This document shows, one piece after another, positions 26,978 through 39,900 of a stretch of 64,000 nucleotides of DNA. How positions within the stretch are numbered: position 1 is the first letter of the stretch; each line of letters starts with the position of its first letter. Both the position numbers and the translations under genes were made by a program. This DNA comes from Mantamonas sphyraenae STR306 (taxonomy: Eukaryota; Protista; CRuMs): assembly GCA_026936335.1 (NCBI GenBank), contig JAPMXV010000033.1, positions 186,001 through 250,000 on the forward strand, written 5' to 3'. Below the pieces are notes generated by a model. It was not told the origin of the DNA. It was given only the letters and a program-made list of their open reading frames with translations, and searched no databases.

Positions 26978-27050
26978 GGATGAATGGAGTGGTGACAGGA
27001 AAAGCGTTTGCGGCGACGGCGCCAAAAACGCAACCCACTTTGAGCCCTGC

Positions 27051-30000
27051 ATGAGTCTGCCCTTTGCCTACGCAGTGCAGCCGACGCAGGTGCCCTCCTT
27101 TGGCATCATTTCACAGAGCCATCTGCAGCAGCGGATGTCGCAGACACGAGGACAGCCGCAGGAGGAGGAGGACGACACGTGAGTTGGCAGCCCACGTTGC
27201 TTTTTCCACGCCCCGTGGCACTTTCCGTGTGCTGGAATGCATTGAAACCGTGTGTGGGATGCACATGTGTGCATTGCGGTTGCCATCGGATGCAGCTTGA
27301 TTGTGTTTGGATGTGCTGTGTGGATTCAGAAGCGTGCAAAGGGGGCAGGGCCGTTGCGAGCGAAGGGCAGGCTCTGGGTTATCGCTCACACACACTCACA
27401 CACACACACACGCGGGGCTGGGATGGTGCACATGGCTCACTCTCACACAAATGACCATGCGGGGAACTCATTCAGGGAGAGTGAGATGGACGTGTACGAA
27501 GACGCGGCGGCGTTGGAAGCCCGGCATCCGTTTGATCTGGAACAGCAAGGCCTGCAGGCGGACCATTACGACCAGGTGGGATTCATCGAACGGGATGATT
27601 ACGAGGAAGAGTGGACGGCGCAGCAGCAGGCACAGCTGTACATGGCAACCATGGACAAGGAGCAGGAGGAGGCACGGAAATGGGCGCAACGGGACAGCCG
27701 GCTTGCCGGAACGCAGCAGACACAGGGCCAGAGTGGAGGGCAGCAGGGCAAGAAACGAGGCGGAGGGACGAAAAAGGGACAAAGAGGCGAGCAAGGAGGC
27801 ACACATGGAATGGGAGCAACGATGTCGCCTTCGCGGTCGGGAGAGGATGTGTACAAACGGCGAATGGCCAACCAACTGCTGCTGCATCCAAACTACAGTC
27901 GGACACTGCTCAAGGCGGACGAGGCGAAGGATTCGCAGGCACCGAGCGAGGCAGGATTGGAATCGACGATTTCGTCGGTGGGACCCTATCTGTCGGTGAC
28001 GCAGAGTGTGGCGTTGACCCGGCAGGCACGCGAGGAACTGTTGCGTCCACACGGCGAGCTGATCCTGTCCAAGGTGCCCGCGGTGGTGAACCCATCGTTG
28101 GCGTCGTTGCGATACGACAAGTCGCAGTACCTGGAGGTGTCACGTCTGATGAACAACGAGACGGCCAAGGTGGATTCGTTGACGGTGGAGGGCACACGGC
28201 CTGTGTGGGCGCCGTCATCGACGCGGTTCGTGGTCAACACGATGCCACGGCACTTCTATGCAAGCCAGGTGACGCAACAGGGGATTGTACAGGGCAAGGC
28301 ACAGCAGCAGCAGGGGGATGGGAAGCAGCAAGGGGCAGGTGGACGGTATGCATGGGGAGAGCACGAGCACGAAGACAGGCTTGCAGAGTTACAGGACATG
28401 TTGCACGGGGCCGGCAGCAGTGGCAGCAGCGGATGGGAGACGCCGTCGAGCATTCCGGAGATGTACGAGGACTGGAGCTTTCTGCCTGCGTCGTTCTACA
28501 AAGGTCGCGCAAGCACAGAGGAGCTGCACGACGAGCAGGCAGAGAGGCAAGTGGACCAAATCTTCAACACACTGATGCCTCCGTCGGAACGGGCCAAGGG
28601 CAAGGGCAGGCGGACGTCGTTTGAGGACGATTTGAACCCAAGCACGCATCGGAACGAAATCTACGCGCAGTATCTGGCCACCAAAGATTCACTGAACAAG
28701 TTCCAAATGACCAAACAGCAGCAGATGGAGGCGTACATAGCGGCGCAGCGGGAGCGCATCGAAGAAGCAAGCGGAGAGGAGCGGGCAAGGTTGGCGTCGC
28801 TGTTGGCCCATGCGGAATCCAGCGACGTGGGATTGCTGGAGCGACCCTCAGCAGGCGCAGTGTCGGAGATTGTGACGGGCATTCTGGCAATGCGACGATC
28901 ACCGAATGCAATGGAGATGCAGCAGCAGGGGGGCAGGGTGGATGACGCGGGTGGGTTACAGGTTGTACTGACGGGGGCCGGGGCAGAAGAGTGGATGGGC
29001 GGAGAGGAAGGCATGGACGAGGATGCGTTGGAGGCGTACCGGCGTCGGATGCAGCAACAGCAACAACAGCGACGCGCACACCATCAGTCGGGAGGGGATC
29101 TGGAAGAGGCGTTGGCGGTGTTGCAACGTGCAGCAGAGGGCAACGAGGAGGCAATGGAGCAAGCAAAGAAGCTGAAGGATTCGGCGCAGCTGCGTTGGAT
29201 TTATGAACTGAGCGAAGGCAGGCTGCAAGAGGAACAGCACGGGCTGGGAGCGCCGATTGTGCGGCGGTACGGCGTGGGAGACAACGGCAGTGAGACGGCA
29301 AGCCACATGACCGGGAGCGACATGCAAATGGCGTCGTCGTTGGCAGAGAGCAGCCACCAGGGAGACTCGATTGCTGCGACACGAGCGAGCAGCCACGGGA
29401 CGGCGGAGCTGGAGGAGGGTGGATCGACACGACAGCCACAGAAGCTGAGCAAACAGGTGCTTCTGTCGCGTACCATGGACGCAGGGGCAGGGACAGGGCG
29501 TGGCAAGGTGTCGCCGCAGAGGCCACGAGGTAGCGGGAAAAAGGTGCCGTACTGGCAAAAGACAGGGCAACCGGCGTTGGGCACAGGAGGTGGGACGGGA
29601 GGTGGTGGGACGAGTGTGCCCCACTCGTCGGCGTTGGCGAAACAGAGCTCGTACGGCGCGAGCTCGGGAGGAGGGGTGTCGACGGCAGGAACCGGGGGAG
29701 CACACATGGGCGAGTATGGTGACGCAGGGAGCGACATGGGCAGCGAGTCGTACGTGAGCGGGAGCATGCAGGTGAGCAACACGGTGACGGACAGTGATGC
29801 GTCACATCCGGACGGCCTGCCGAGCAAAGAGGTGCGTGACGCAGCATACCTGTATGCTATTGCAGGGCGGGAGCATGTGTCGACAGAGGGTCTGGGAGGC
29901 ATCGAACCACCGGTGCTGGATGGCCTTGATCCGAGCGAACGTAGCAAGATTCTGAGCCAATTGATCAGCGCACGGCCGGCAGGTGCGGATGCAGGAGGAG

Positions 30001-33000
30001 GCAAGCAACGCGGAGGACGGGCCGGGGAAGGAGGAGGAGGCACCGATGGCGGCGACGGGGCTGGGGACGAACGTCCGACCACGGCCGAATCGGACATTTT
30101 TGGCAAGTTGCTGCGTCCCAAGAGTGTGATGCTGCCCGAGGTGTATGTGACTAGTGCCGAGGGAGAGTCGCCGCTGGAAGAGGAGCCCAAAGAGCAGGAG
30201 CGTGGTGCCGAGGCAGATTACCACCAGGATGGGTCGCATGTGGTGCTGGAAGACTTTGTGGCAAAGGGGCCGCACAACCAGTTTCTGTCGCAGTGGGACA
30301 GTGCAGAAGGGGTGGAGGTGGACGCTGAGGGGATCCCATTGCTGGACAACGAGGCGTTTTCCATGACCCTGCAACGGAGCATCGATCATGACGTGGGTCT
30401 GGAGCGCACAGTGCGGTTCAACGACATGCGCGACGACACGGACGACCGGATGAGTGTGATCAGCGAGACGGAGTACGAGGTGACGCATCAGGACGCCGAA
30501 TCGGAAGAGGTGCTTCTGGAGCGCATTCGAGACAGCCACGCTGTGCAGAACCTGTTGAAGCGCATCCAAACACGAGGAAACGACGACGAAGCAGGGATGG
30601 GTGACGTGAACGCGTTTGAGAGGCAATGGCGACAGAAGCTGCAGCTGGCGCAGTACGAATGGTGCGTGCAACGTGTGCACTCGATGAAAGTTGTGGACGA
30701 GTTGCTGCTTGCGTTGAGCATTGTGTCAGAGGTGGGCAACGCACAGCGGAGCAATCCGCAGATTGTGTTTCTGCAAGCACTGCTGCACTACAAGCTGGGC
30801 CACTTTGGCGAGGCGGTGCGCTTCTTTTCCGAGTGCATTGTGCACAGTCAGGACATGGCCGAGGCATACTGGTTGCGTGCGACGCTACTGGTGGATGCGG
30901 AGCAGTATGACAAGGCGGAAGCCGATCTGAACCGTGTGTTGGAGCTGGACGACAGCCACGCAGACGCACATTTGCAGCGAGGTCTGCTGTTGCAACGGCG
31001 CAGCGACAACAAAAGTGCACTGAAGGACTACAACCGCACACTGACGCTGGACAAGGGCAACGCACTGGCGTACTACCAGCGAGGCACCGTGTACGAGGCG
31101 ATGCAGCTGATGGACCAAGCAGCGAGCGACTACTCGATGGCGATCAAACATGGGATCATGATTGCACATGCGTGGCTGAGGCGAGGCATGCACCTGATGG
31201 AGCAGGGGTCGCTGCAAGCGGCGTACATGGACATCAACGAATGCATCAAACTGGACAAGTCGATCGGCGAAGCGTACGTGCAACGTGGGATCCTGAACGT
31301 GCACTTCAACAAGCCCAACGACGCGCTGCAGGACTTTAACAAGGCGGTGCAGATGAACCCGCGCAACCCGACGCCGTTTCTGTACCGCGGGATCCTGTTG
31401 CGCGACGTCCAGCCGCGCAAGGCGTTGCGAGACCTGAGTGTGTCGATTGCACTGGATGACAAGCAGTTGCAGGCGTTCAGCACGCGTGGCTACGTGTATC
31501 TGAAGCTGAAAAAGTTTGGCAGTGCGTTGGAGGATCTGCGGCGTGCGCTGGAGATGAACCCGTGGGACGTTCCGCTGCGTGTGAACCTGGCTGTGTTGAT
31601 GATCCAAGTCAACTCGCAATACCGTGAGGCTGTGGACATGTTTTCGCAGGCCATCAAGATGGAGCCGATGTACACGCGTGCGCTGTTTTGCCGTGCGCAC
31701 GCGTATGTGCGGCTGGGCCGCATGGAAGCAGCGGTGCAGGACTACAACAGACTCATCCACATGTTCCCCACCAACGATGTCCTGTACCTGTATCGTGGCA
31801 AGTGTCTGCTCAAGACACGGCGTGTGGACCGTGCGCTGAGTGACTTTTTGTCTGCGCTGCAGATCAACCCGACGGCAAACAGCCTGTTTGCCAAGGGCTT
31901 TGAGAGCGTGAACAACCTGAACAAGTTTCCGGACGTGTTTGCGCTGATTGGCATGAGCAAACTGAAGACGGGCGACTACAGCGGGGCGTTGTTGGACTTT
32001 AACGAGGCCATCCGCACAAAGAGCACCGATCCAAGCAACTTTGTGAACCGTGGCCATTGCCTGCAGGCATTGGGCCAGTATGAGGACGCACTGCGTGACT
32101 ACAGCGCAGCACTGAAGCTGAATCCTGCCATGCCCGAGGCGTACTACCAGAGGGGCCTGTGCAAGATGACGTTGCACATTGAGGACGACGGCATGAAGGA
32201 CTTTGAGAGTGCGTGCGGCTGGATCCAAAGTTTGTGGAGGCGTACATGAGCCTGGCCAACCTGCACCACGAGCTGGGCCACGTGCAAAAGATGATGGAGC
32301 AGTACTCGCTGGCCATCTTCCACGAACCCAACCATGCGACGGCGCTGATCAACAGGGGCACCATCAAGAACAAGATGCTGGACGTGCCCGGAGCACTGCG
32401 GGACTTTAGCAAAGCGATCTATGCGGACGGCAACTCGGCGACGGCGTTCTTTGGACGGGGCGTCAGCTACCAACTGCTGGGGCTGGCGTCTGCGAGCGAG
32501 CAGGTGGACGTGCTGGTGGACAACGAGTACACACGACTGGCCATCCGAGACTACAGCATCTCGTTGATGATCAACGCAGACAACGCAGACGCGTACCGCA
32601 ACCGTGGCCTGCTGTACCAACGCAGTGGCAAGTACGTGAGTGCGCTGAACGACTTTCTCAAGGCGTGCGAGCTGTCGCCGTACGACATCCAACTGTTGAC
32701 GGCGCTGGGCCAGTGCTATCACAAGCTGCACGAGTACGAAGACGCCATTGCGGCGTACTCACGTGCCTTGGAGTCGGATCCATCCTACCAGAACGCATAC
32801 CTGTCGCGTGGTTCGCTGTACTACGAAAAGGGCGACCCAGAAAGCCTGGAGCTGGCCAGGAGGGACTTTACGAAACTGATTGGGATCAACCCAACGAACA
32901 CGGCGGCCATGGTGAACCTTGCGTACGTGCTGCAAAGTGAGGGACGCAACGACAGTGCATGGCGCATGTTTTCGTGTGCCCTGGCTGTGGATCCTCGTTG

Positions 33001-33622
33001 CATTCCAGGCGTACGAGGGGCGTGCCGTTGTGAGCGTGTCGCTGGGCGACCGCTTTGCGGCGTTTATGGACATCACGCAGGGAATGGAGTATGCGCCGGA
33101 CAATGCAGAGTTGCTGAACAACCGGGGTGTGTTGCACGAGCTGATGAACGACACGGCAGCGGCGGTGAGCAACTACACGCAGGCGATTTCGCAGAAACCC
33201 GAGTATGCGTTGCCGTACTTCAACTGGCCAACATCTACTTTGCACGCAAGCAATGGCGCAATGCGTTGCACTACTACGACCGTGCTCTGGAGTTGGACGA
33301 CGAGGATGTGAGCGCGATGGTGAACAGGGCGATCACACGGAGTGTGTTGGGCGACCACGACGGGGCGCTGCAGGATCTGGACGCCGTGATTGAGCAGTAT
33401 CCAATGCTGGGCAATGCGTACTTTAACCGGGCAAACATCTACAAGCAACTGGAGAGGTACATCGAGGCGGAGCAGGATTTGAACATGGCGTTGCAGTTGA
33501 TGCCCGACGACGCCAAGGTGTATGTGGGGCGTGCCGACGTGCTTGGCAAGCTCAACAAGGTGGACGACGCCATGGCGGACTATGCGTACGCGTTGCAGCT
33601 TGACCCCGAAGCGGACGGGTGA
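27051..33622 (+). CDS. TTC6-like large TPR protein (~2,090 aa); exon 27051 (or 27135)-27178, then 27476-33622 with three single-base indels
   Basis: Low-complexity N-terminal half followed by more than 20 canonical TPRs. Frame breaks at ~32213 (base missing), ~33008 (extra base) and ~33224 (base missing); the TPR register continues across each one. Confidence 0.75.
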
Positions 33623-33661
33623 GTGGAGGGTGAGTGGAGGGTGAGTGGAGGGAGTGTGGGG

Positions 33662-33667
33662 AATGAA
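33662..33667 (+). terminator. Candidate poly(A) signal AATGAA for the TPR gene (opposite-strand copy for VDAC at 33745-33750)
   Basis: Each of the two convergent genes has AATGAA 40-50 nt past its stop. Confidence 0.5.
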
Positions 33668-33696
33668 GTGGCGAAATGCATCCTCGCCTGACTCAC

Positions 33697-33735
<39 letters not shown>
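33697..33735. repeat. (CAT)13 microsatellite between convergent 3' ends
   Basis: Directly visible. Confidence 0.95.
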
Positions 33736-33800
33736 GACACTTCCTTCATTGCTTGCTTGCCTTGTTGGTTTTGTTTGCGACACGCACAGACAGCATCTGC

Positions 33801-35155
33801 TTAGGCAGAGACGTTGAGGGTGAGGCCGACCTGGGTGGTCTTGGGGTCCTCGAGTTGGCTGAGGGCAGTGGCGGCCGAGACGATCAGAGTGGTGTTCTTG
33901 TTGATCTGGTTGGAGAAGGAGAGGCCGACCTGGGCGTCCTTGTTGATCTTGGCCTTGAAGGTGCTGTTGTCATCGACGTTGTAGGAGACGCCAAGGTCGA
34001 GCGAGGTGCTGTGCTCGTAGCGGGTCTTGTCGTCGTTGTCGTCTTTCTTGTCGCCCTCTGCCTTGTTGTCGGCCTCGGCAGCCACCTCGGTGACCTTGTA
34101 GGAGAAGACGGCGCCGAACTGGGCGTCCGGGTTGATCTCCTGGAAGAGGGAGACGCTGACGGTGTCGAGGTTGGAGCCCTTGACAACGATGCTGGTCTGC
34201 TTGCCAGACACGTAGCCGACAGCCACATCCCAGTCCTTGACGAGGGGCGACTCGTCCTTGGCGGCGTCCTTGTTGTCGTCGTCCTTTGCGGCCTTGTTGT
34301 CGGCCTTGTTGTCGGCCTTGTCGTCAGCCTTGTCGTCCTTCTTCATGGTGCCGAGGTCGAGGTTGACGTTGGCGCTGTGGACGATGGGGTGCAGGAGATG
34401 GATACGCAGGCGTGGGTGTGAGTGTGTGGGCGTGGCACGGGTGTGGCGAGGCAGGGTGGGGCGAAAACGGCCCAGCGTGAAAAAACGCGCGGTGGAGCGA
34501 GAGGGAAATGCGCAAAGGGGGCAAAACTCACCCAATGACGATGTTGTCGACGACACTGAAGGTGCCGTTGACGTTTGCGCCGATGGCATCGCATCCGGTG
34601 AGGGAAGCGTCGGCGACAAACTGGTCCTGAGTAAAGGTGACGCCGGCCTTGCCCGTGTAGGCGGTCGGGGTGATGCTGGTCTCGCCGTACACCTTGAGGC
34701 CCTTGGTGATGCCGTCCTTGTTGTTGGCCTTGAAGGTGATCTTGTCCTTCTTGCCAGACTCGCCCTTGCCCGAGACCTCAAAGCCGTTGGCCTTGAACTT
34801 GCCCTCGAGAGAGGTGGTGGTGCCCTTGGCGCCGGTGACGGCCTTGCCAGTCCAGGTCTTGGGGAAAGGGGAAAACACGTGTCAATGGTGCGCCCGGCAC
34901 GCGTGTGGGCGAGGGTGGGCATGTGGGCGGCACTTACCAGGTTGTCGTTGGTGGTCTTGACCTTGGCGGTGGTGCCGAGATCAAAGTCGTCGCCGAGCAG
35001 GTCTGTGTGGAGCAGTGGCCGGGTGGGTTGTGAGCGCAGGTCGGGCGCATTTCAGGCAGATTTTTCGACCGTTGGCCGCGGAGCGGGACGTCCAGGGGCC
35101 GGCATGCAAACTTACCGTCTGCGCTCTTGGTGAGGTCCTTGAAGATGTTGGGCAT
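33801..35155 (-). CDS. VDAC: Mitochondrial porin VDAC; exons 35155-35116, 35002-34938, 34857-34532, 34374-33801
   Basis: MPNIFKDLTKSAD|DLLGDDF N-terminal helix, alternating beta strands, STFKAKINKDAQVGLSF, C-terminal beta signal QVGLTLNVSA; strongly C/G-ending codons. Confidence 0.9.
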
Positions 35156-35682
35156 CCTGATATCGAATTGGGGTAAGAGGGTAGGTTTGTTGGACTGTGG
35201 TGGGGTGTGAGCTGGGTGCGGGGTTTTTGCTGCGCGAGGCGGGTTGGACCACAAAAAGCGAGGGCACCTTGTTTTTTTGCAACGGAGGTGGCCTTTGCTG
35301 GGCTGGGGATGTGAAGGGAGAATGCAAAGTGGGCCATAGGGACACATATGGATGCAGCACATGCGCTGATGTGTATGGCGATGGTCGTAGGGCATCCCAC
35401 CACCGCGGAAGCAGGGGCGGGAGTTGCTCAACCTTGGGGCCATTTCAAAAATGGCGGGTCATTTCAAGTTGTCCGGGAACTTGGGAGAGGCGGCAACGGA
35501 CGAGGGAGGAAGGCATGGACGACGCAGGAGTGCGGAACAGACACAACGGGGGATGGGCATGCACATGTGTGTTGTGTGATGGGATGGATGGAGCGCGGTG
35601 GTGTTTAGGTGTTTTCTAAACTGACACTGTTCCTGTGGCGACGGGGGCGCATGGCCCGAGACAATCCAAAACACAGTCGGCC
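35156..35682. promoter_or_regulatory. Bidirectional upstream region shared by VDAC and the giant Clu-domain gene
   Basis: Divergent ATGs; contains GCCATTT-CAA-AAATGGC inverted repeat with a YY1-like AAAATGGCGG near 35439-35457. Confidence 0.4.
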
Positions 35683-36900
35683 ATGTCGTTGATCAACTCG
35701 ACGGACATTGTCAAGGTGGCGACCAAGGGTCTTGTGGACACGTTGACGAAGCTGTTGGAGAGCAACCCGGAAAAGGCGAACCGGGTAGACCATGTGGGCA
35801 GGACGGCGTTGATGGCAGCGGCCGAGTTTGGCAACACCGACGCTGTAAAGACGTTGCTGGCACATCCAAACGTCGATGTGAACATCGTGAGCTTCAAAGA
35901 CAACGAGTCGGCGCTGATGCGTGAGTTGCCGTGGGGTGTCCAGGGTTGACGTTGTGTTTGTGTGTGTGTGTGCGCAAAAGTTCTTTTTGCAAGAGGGCTT
36001 GCGGGTGTGACACGAGTGGACGTATGGAGGTGAACGTGGCGAGACAGGTGTGGGAGCTGTGTGTCCGCTGCCATTGTGTGTGTGGGAGGGGCATTGAGGG
36101 CACAAGGGGCCCACAGTGGAGCAGGGGAGGGTCGCTGACAACCAAGACTTGGGGGTTGGGTGCCTGGATTCGTTTCCCGGACATGGACGGCCACAGGAGC
36201 GGCAAGGCGATCCAGAACGGATATCATGAAGCTGCTGCTGGATGCGGGAGCCAACACATACATTAGGAATTCGAGCGGACAAAGCGTGCACGAACTTGTG
36301 GACGAGGCGGGGTTGCAGGTTCTGATCAACGCAAACACAGGACGGGCACCGACGCTGCTGGATGGAAGCGAGAACACATGTGTGGCAAACGAAGTGTGTG
36401 AACTGGCGGCAGAAGATTCAAACAGCGAGGCGTTGCGTGAGCTGTTGGTAGCCAAGCCATGGGCGCTGAACTCGCAGAACCAGGAACGGCACACGGCGTT
36501 GCACGTGGCGGCCAGAGAGTGCAACGTGGAGTGTGTCAAGGTGCTTCTGTCGTGTGAAGGCGTGGATTTGCACGTGGACAGGCAGTACACGCCTCTGCAT
36601 ATGGCGTACATTGCAGGAAGCAGGGGTGAAACGGTGGTGCAGCTTCTTCAGGAGGCAGGAGCGTCACGAGAGATCAAAGACACCTTGTTTGGCATGGCCC
36701 CCGAGGCACTGGGTCGTAAGGTGGAGAGTGGAAGGATTTCATTGGGTAAGAAGGGCTATCCGATGACACACAGCGACCTTGTGACACAGTCGATGCGCAA
36801 GAAGGCCAGCAAGACGGAGGTCTCCGTTGTGGATGAATTGGAGCGTGATGTTGGTGGCAGTGAGAGCATTGATGTGACCAGCAGCAGTAGTAGTAGTAGT

Positions 36901-36943
<43 letters not shown>

Positions 36944-39900
36944 GTGGGTTGATGAGGAAGAGGAGGAGCAGCCAGGAAATCGGCCTGGCCATGACAAAGA
37001 GCTCGCAGATGAGCGAATGGCTGGATGGGAGCTTGTCGAGATCTGAAAGCATGCGAGGCGAGGACAGCCCTGGACGAGAGATTTCCTTTGATCAGACGCT
37101 GCGTTTGCAGGGGCTGTACCGCAAAGCTGAATTGAAGCTGAACGTCGCCGACATGCAGTCGCTGCGCCCGGATATGTCCTATGTATCACGAGGGCGAGAT
37201 TTTATGAAGGAGTTGACGAGGATGCTTCTGTGGAACGACGAACAGATCCAACAGGGAGGGTTCCCGGCTATTGAACAGGTCATCTACTACTGCAACACGG
37301 TGGACTTTAAGAACGCACCACTGTCCAAGGTGACGGAGATGGACTTTGCTCTTCAGAAGTACACCGCCATTCACTATGGCTCCTCCCTGATTGAGGACGC
37401 AGCGATCGCGCAGTCGGAGGCGGCCAAGACGCTTGTGCAGAGCTTGTTGGCCATAATCGAAGGAGCCAAGTATGTGAAAACATTGGAGGAACAAGGTGTG
37501 CGGGTGCCAAATCGATCAGAAGTGATGGAGACGCAGCTCGTGGAACCGCTGAAGCGGTACAAAGTGCAAACAGGCCGGGCTGCGGTCGGGATGGTGGACA
37601 AGGACGAGGAAGATGACGAGGAGGAAGGTCAGCAAGGGGAGGAGAGAGATGTTGATGATGCGCAAGAGGTTGGGGCGGCCACGTCATCCGTGGAGCTGCG
37701 CTGCTCTGTGTGGCCGTACTACACCGCCGGTACGTTTGCAGAAACGCGCAGAGTGGACAAGGTGCATGTGCACGCGGATGCGTGGCCGACGTTGCGCGTA
37801 TGGACTGCGGACGAACGCACGGCCATGATCACCAAGGTGTTGCAACAAGTGGGGCTGGACGCAGGAGAGGCGACGGTGTATGTGCACGTGTATGCGCAGA
37901 CAGAGAACGTGAGCGAAGTGGCACAGGCTCTGCAGGCTGTGGGTTACAGCGGCACGGTGATTGTGGTGGCCGAACAGTCGCTGTGCGACGCTGACGACGA
38001 GACACAGCAGCGTGTGGCCGAATGCGTGCTGCACAAGACCAACTGGGAATGCGTGGTTCACGTACCCATACCAGCGTTTGGACTGCTGTGCGCGTTGATT
38101 CATGCAGCGGTGGACAAGAACGCAGATGCACAGCAGCTGATCCAGGTGGATGTCGCGCAGTACGACGAAATCGTTTCCCAGGAGATGGAGGCGTGTGCCG
38201 CGGTTGCATATCGATACATGCACACAGAAGAGCAGGCGGTGCGTGTGGAATTGAGCTGGCTGTCTGTGGACAAAGACGGATGGAGCTCGTCGGCCATGAA
38301 GGCAGTGTGCTTTCGCGACTCGGACGAGCTGCGTGCGGCGCTCACACGTGGCAACTGGGAGTTGGAACCGGTGACCCTGATGGATGCGCTGCGTGAGGAC
38401 CCACGCGTGCTGTACGTAGAAGAGCGCGGCTCGCCACGTGTACAAACGGTGGAATTGAATGCGCAGGAGCGCAGTGCAGCGGCTCAGACGATGAGGGTAA
38501 AGATGGGCAAGGCCGAGCTTTCATGCAGCGGTCTTCGGTTCCTCCCACCGCCTTGCGTGATGGTGGAGGAGCGCACGTGGAGCACATGGCGGGACTGCGT
38601 CGACGGTGATGTGATGGCAGTCCAGGGACTGAAGCCGTGGGCGCAACGGCGAGTGGGACGGGATATCCTGCAGTACATGTCCAAGTGGAAGTTCCTGGAG
38701 GCATCCAGGGACGCTGATGATCGCGTGGACAATGCGACGCCGTGGCTTCGGGAACGATGCACGCCAACGTCGTTGCTGAACACACCGAGCATGGACTGGA
38801 GGTTGGCAGGAGAGAACTTGTCAGCGCCTGGAAACGATCCAGCTCTGCGGTCACTTCACCACAGGATGCGCAACCTGTCCAAATGGTACGTGAACCACAG
38901 GAGCACGGTGGAGGTGCTTGTGATGATGCAAGAGAGCGTGGAGGAGGTGAACGCGCAGCTGTCGGGAGTGCGCAGCCGTGAAAGGACGCTGGCTGCCCTG
39001 GTGAGCGAATTGCAGCAACCGGGCATGGAAGATGTGGGAACCCTGGTGGCACGTGAACTGGAGCTGTTGAACGGACAAACAGCGACGCAAACGACGTTCG
39101 ATGACCTGATGAGTGCCGAGGGACGCGCAGCGGAGCTTGTGCGGCGAGTGGAGTACTTGGGCTCCGCGGAAAGGAACTACGGGTACGGGCGCATGACGCG
39201 CGAGAGCTTGCAGGAGGTGTGGGAGGTGGCAGGACAGAGGGAGCTGCGCGTGGACGAAGATAGCACGCTAGGCAACACGACTCTGGTGTTGAAACAGATG
39301 CAGCGCATGGTGGTGGCAGCGCTTGCGTTGGAACTGCAGTATGACCGGGATTCGCAATCGAGCAGCGTGGAAAGCGAGGTGGGCGTCGTGGATGTGGATG
39401 TGGGAGCATTTGGGGGATGCAACGACTCGGTCATGGACATGTGTTGGCGTGCGGCCCTCTTCAGCGACGAGCAGCGCATGAACACGGAAGCGGTGACGAC
39501 GCTGGTGGACGAATTGCTTGCAGGTACGGTACCCGGGGAGTTTGATTTGCACCCGGACGTGCTGGAGAAACTGGCGAACCCGAGCTCCGGGTTTTCCGAG
39601 GGATCGACACGACGGTTGAGTCAACGCTGGATGGCGTGGCGAGTACTTGGCGAAGAGGCGTACACGTTCACCGAGCAATTGATGGCGCTGCAGAGAAATG
39701 TGTCCCTGGCGGTTCCTGATGGGTACATGGAGCTGGGACGGTTGTTGGCAAGTGGACATGTGGACGATACGTTGAATCCGCCCGAAAGCGACCCCGAAGT
39801 GCTGCGTGTTTGGATGGCGACAAAGGAGCTGCTGGGTGTGATGGAGCCACTGCTGGGAGAGTGGCACAGGGGCGCGGAGAAGCGCAGGGAGGCACCTGTA

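Noticed and set aside
27252-27475. Hydrophobic N-terminus of the 1665-aa ORF as a signal or TM segment
   Set aside because: It is translated intron sequence (27179-27475).
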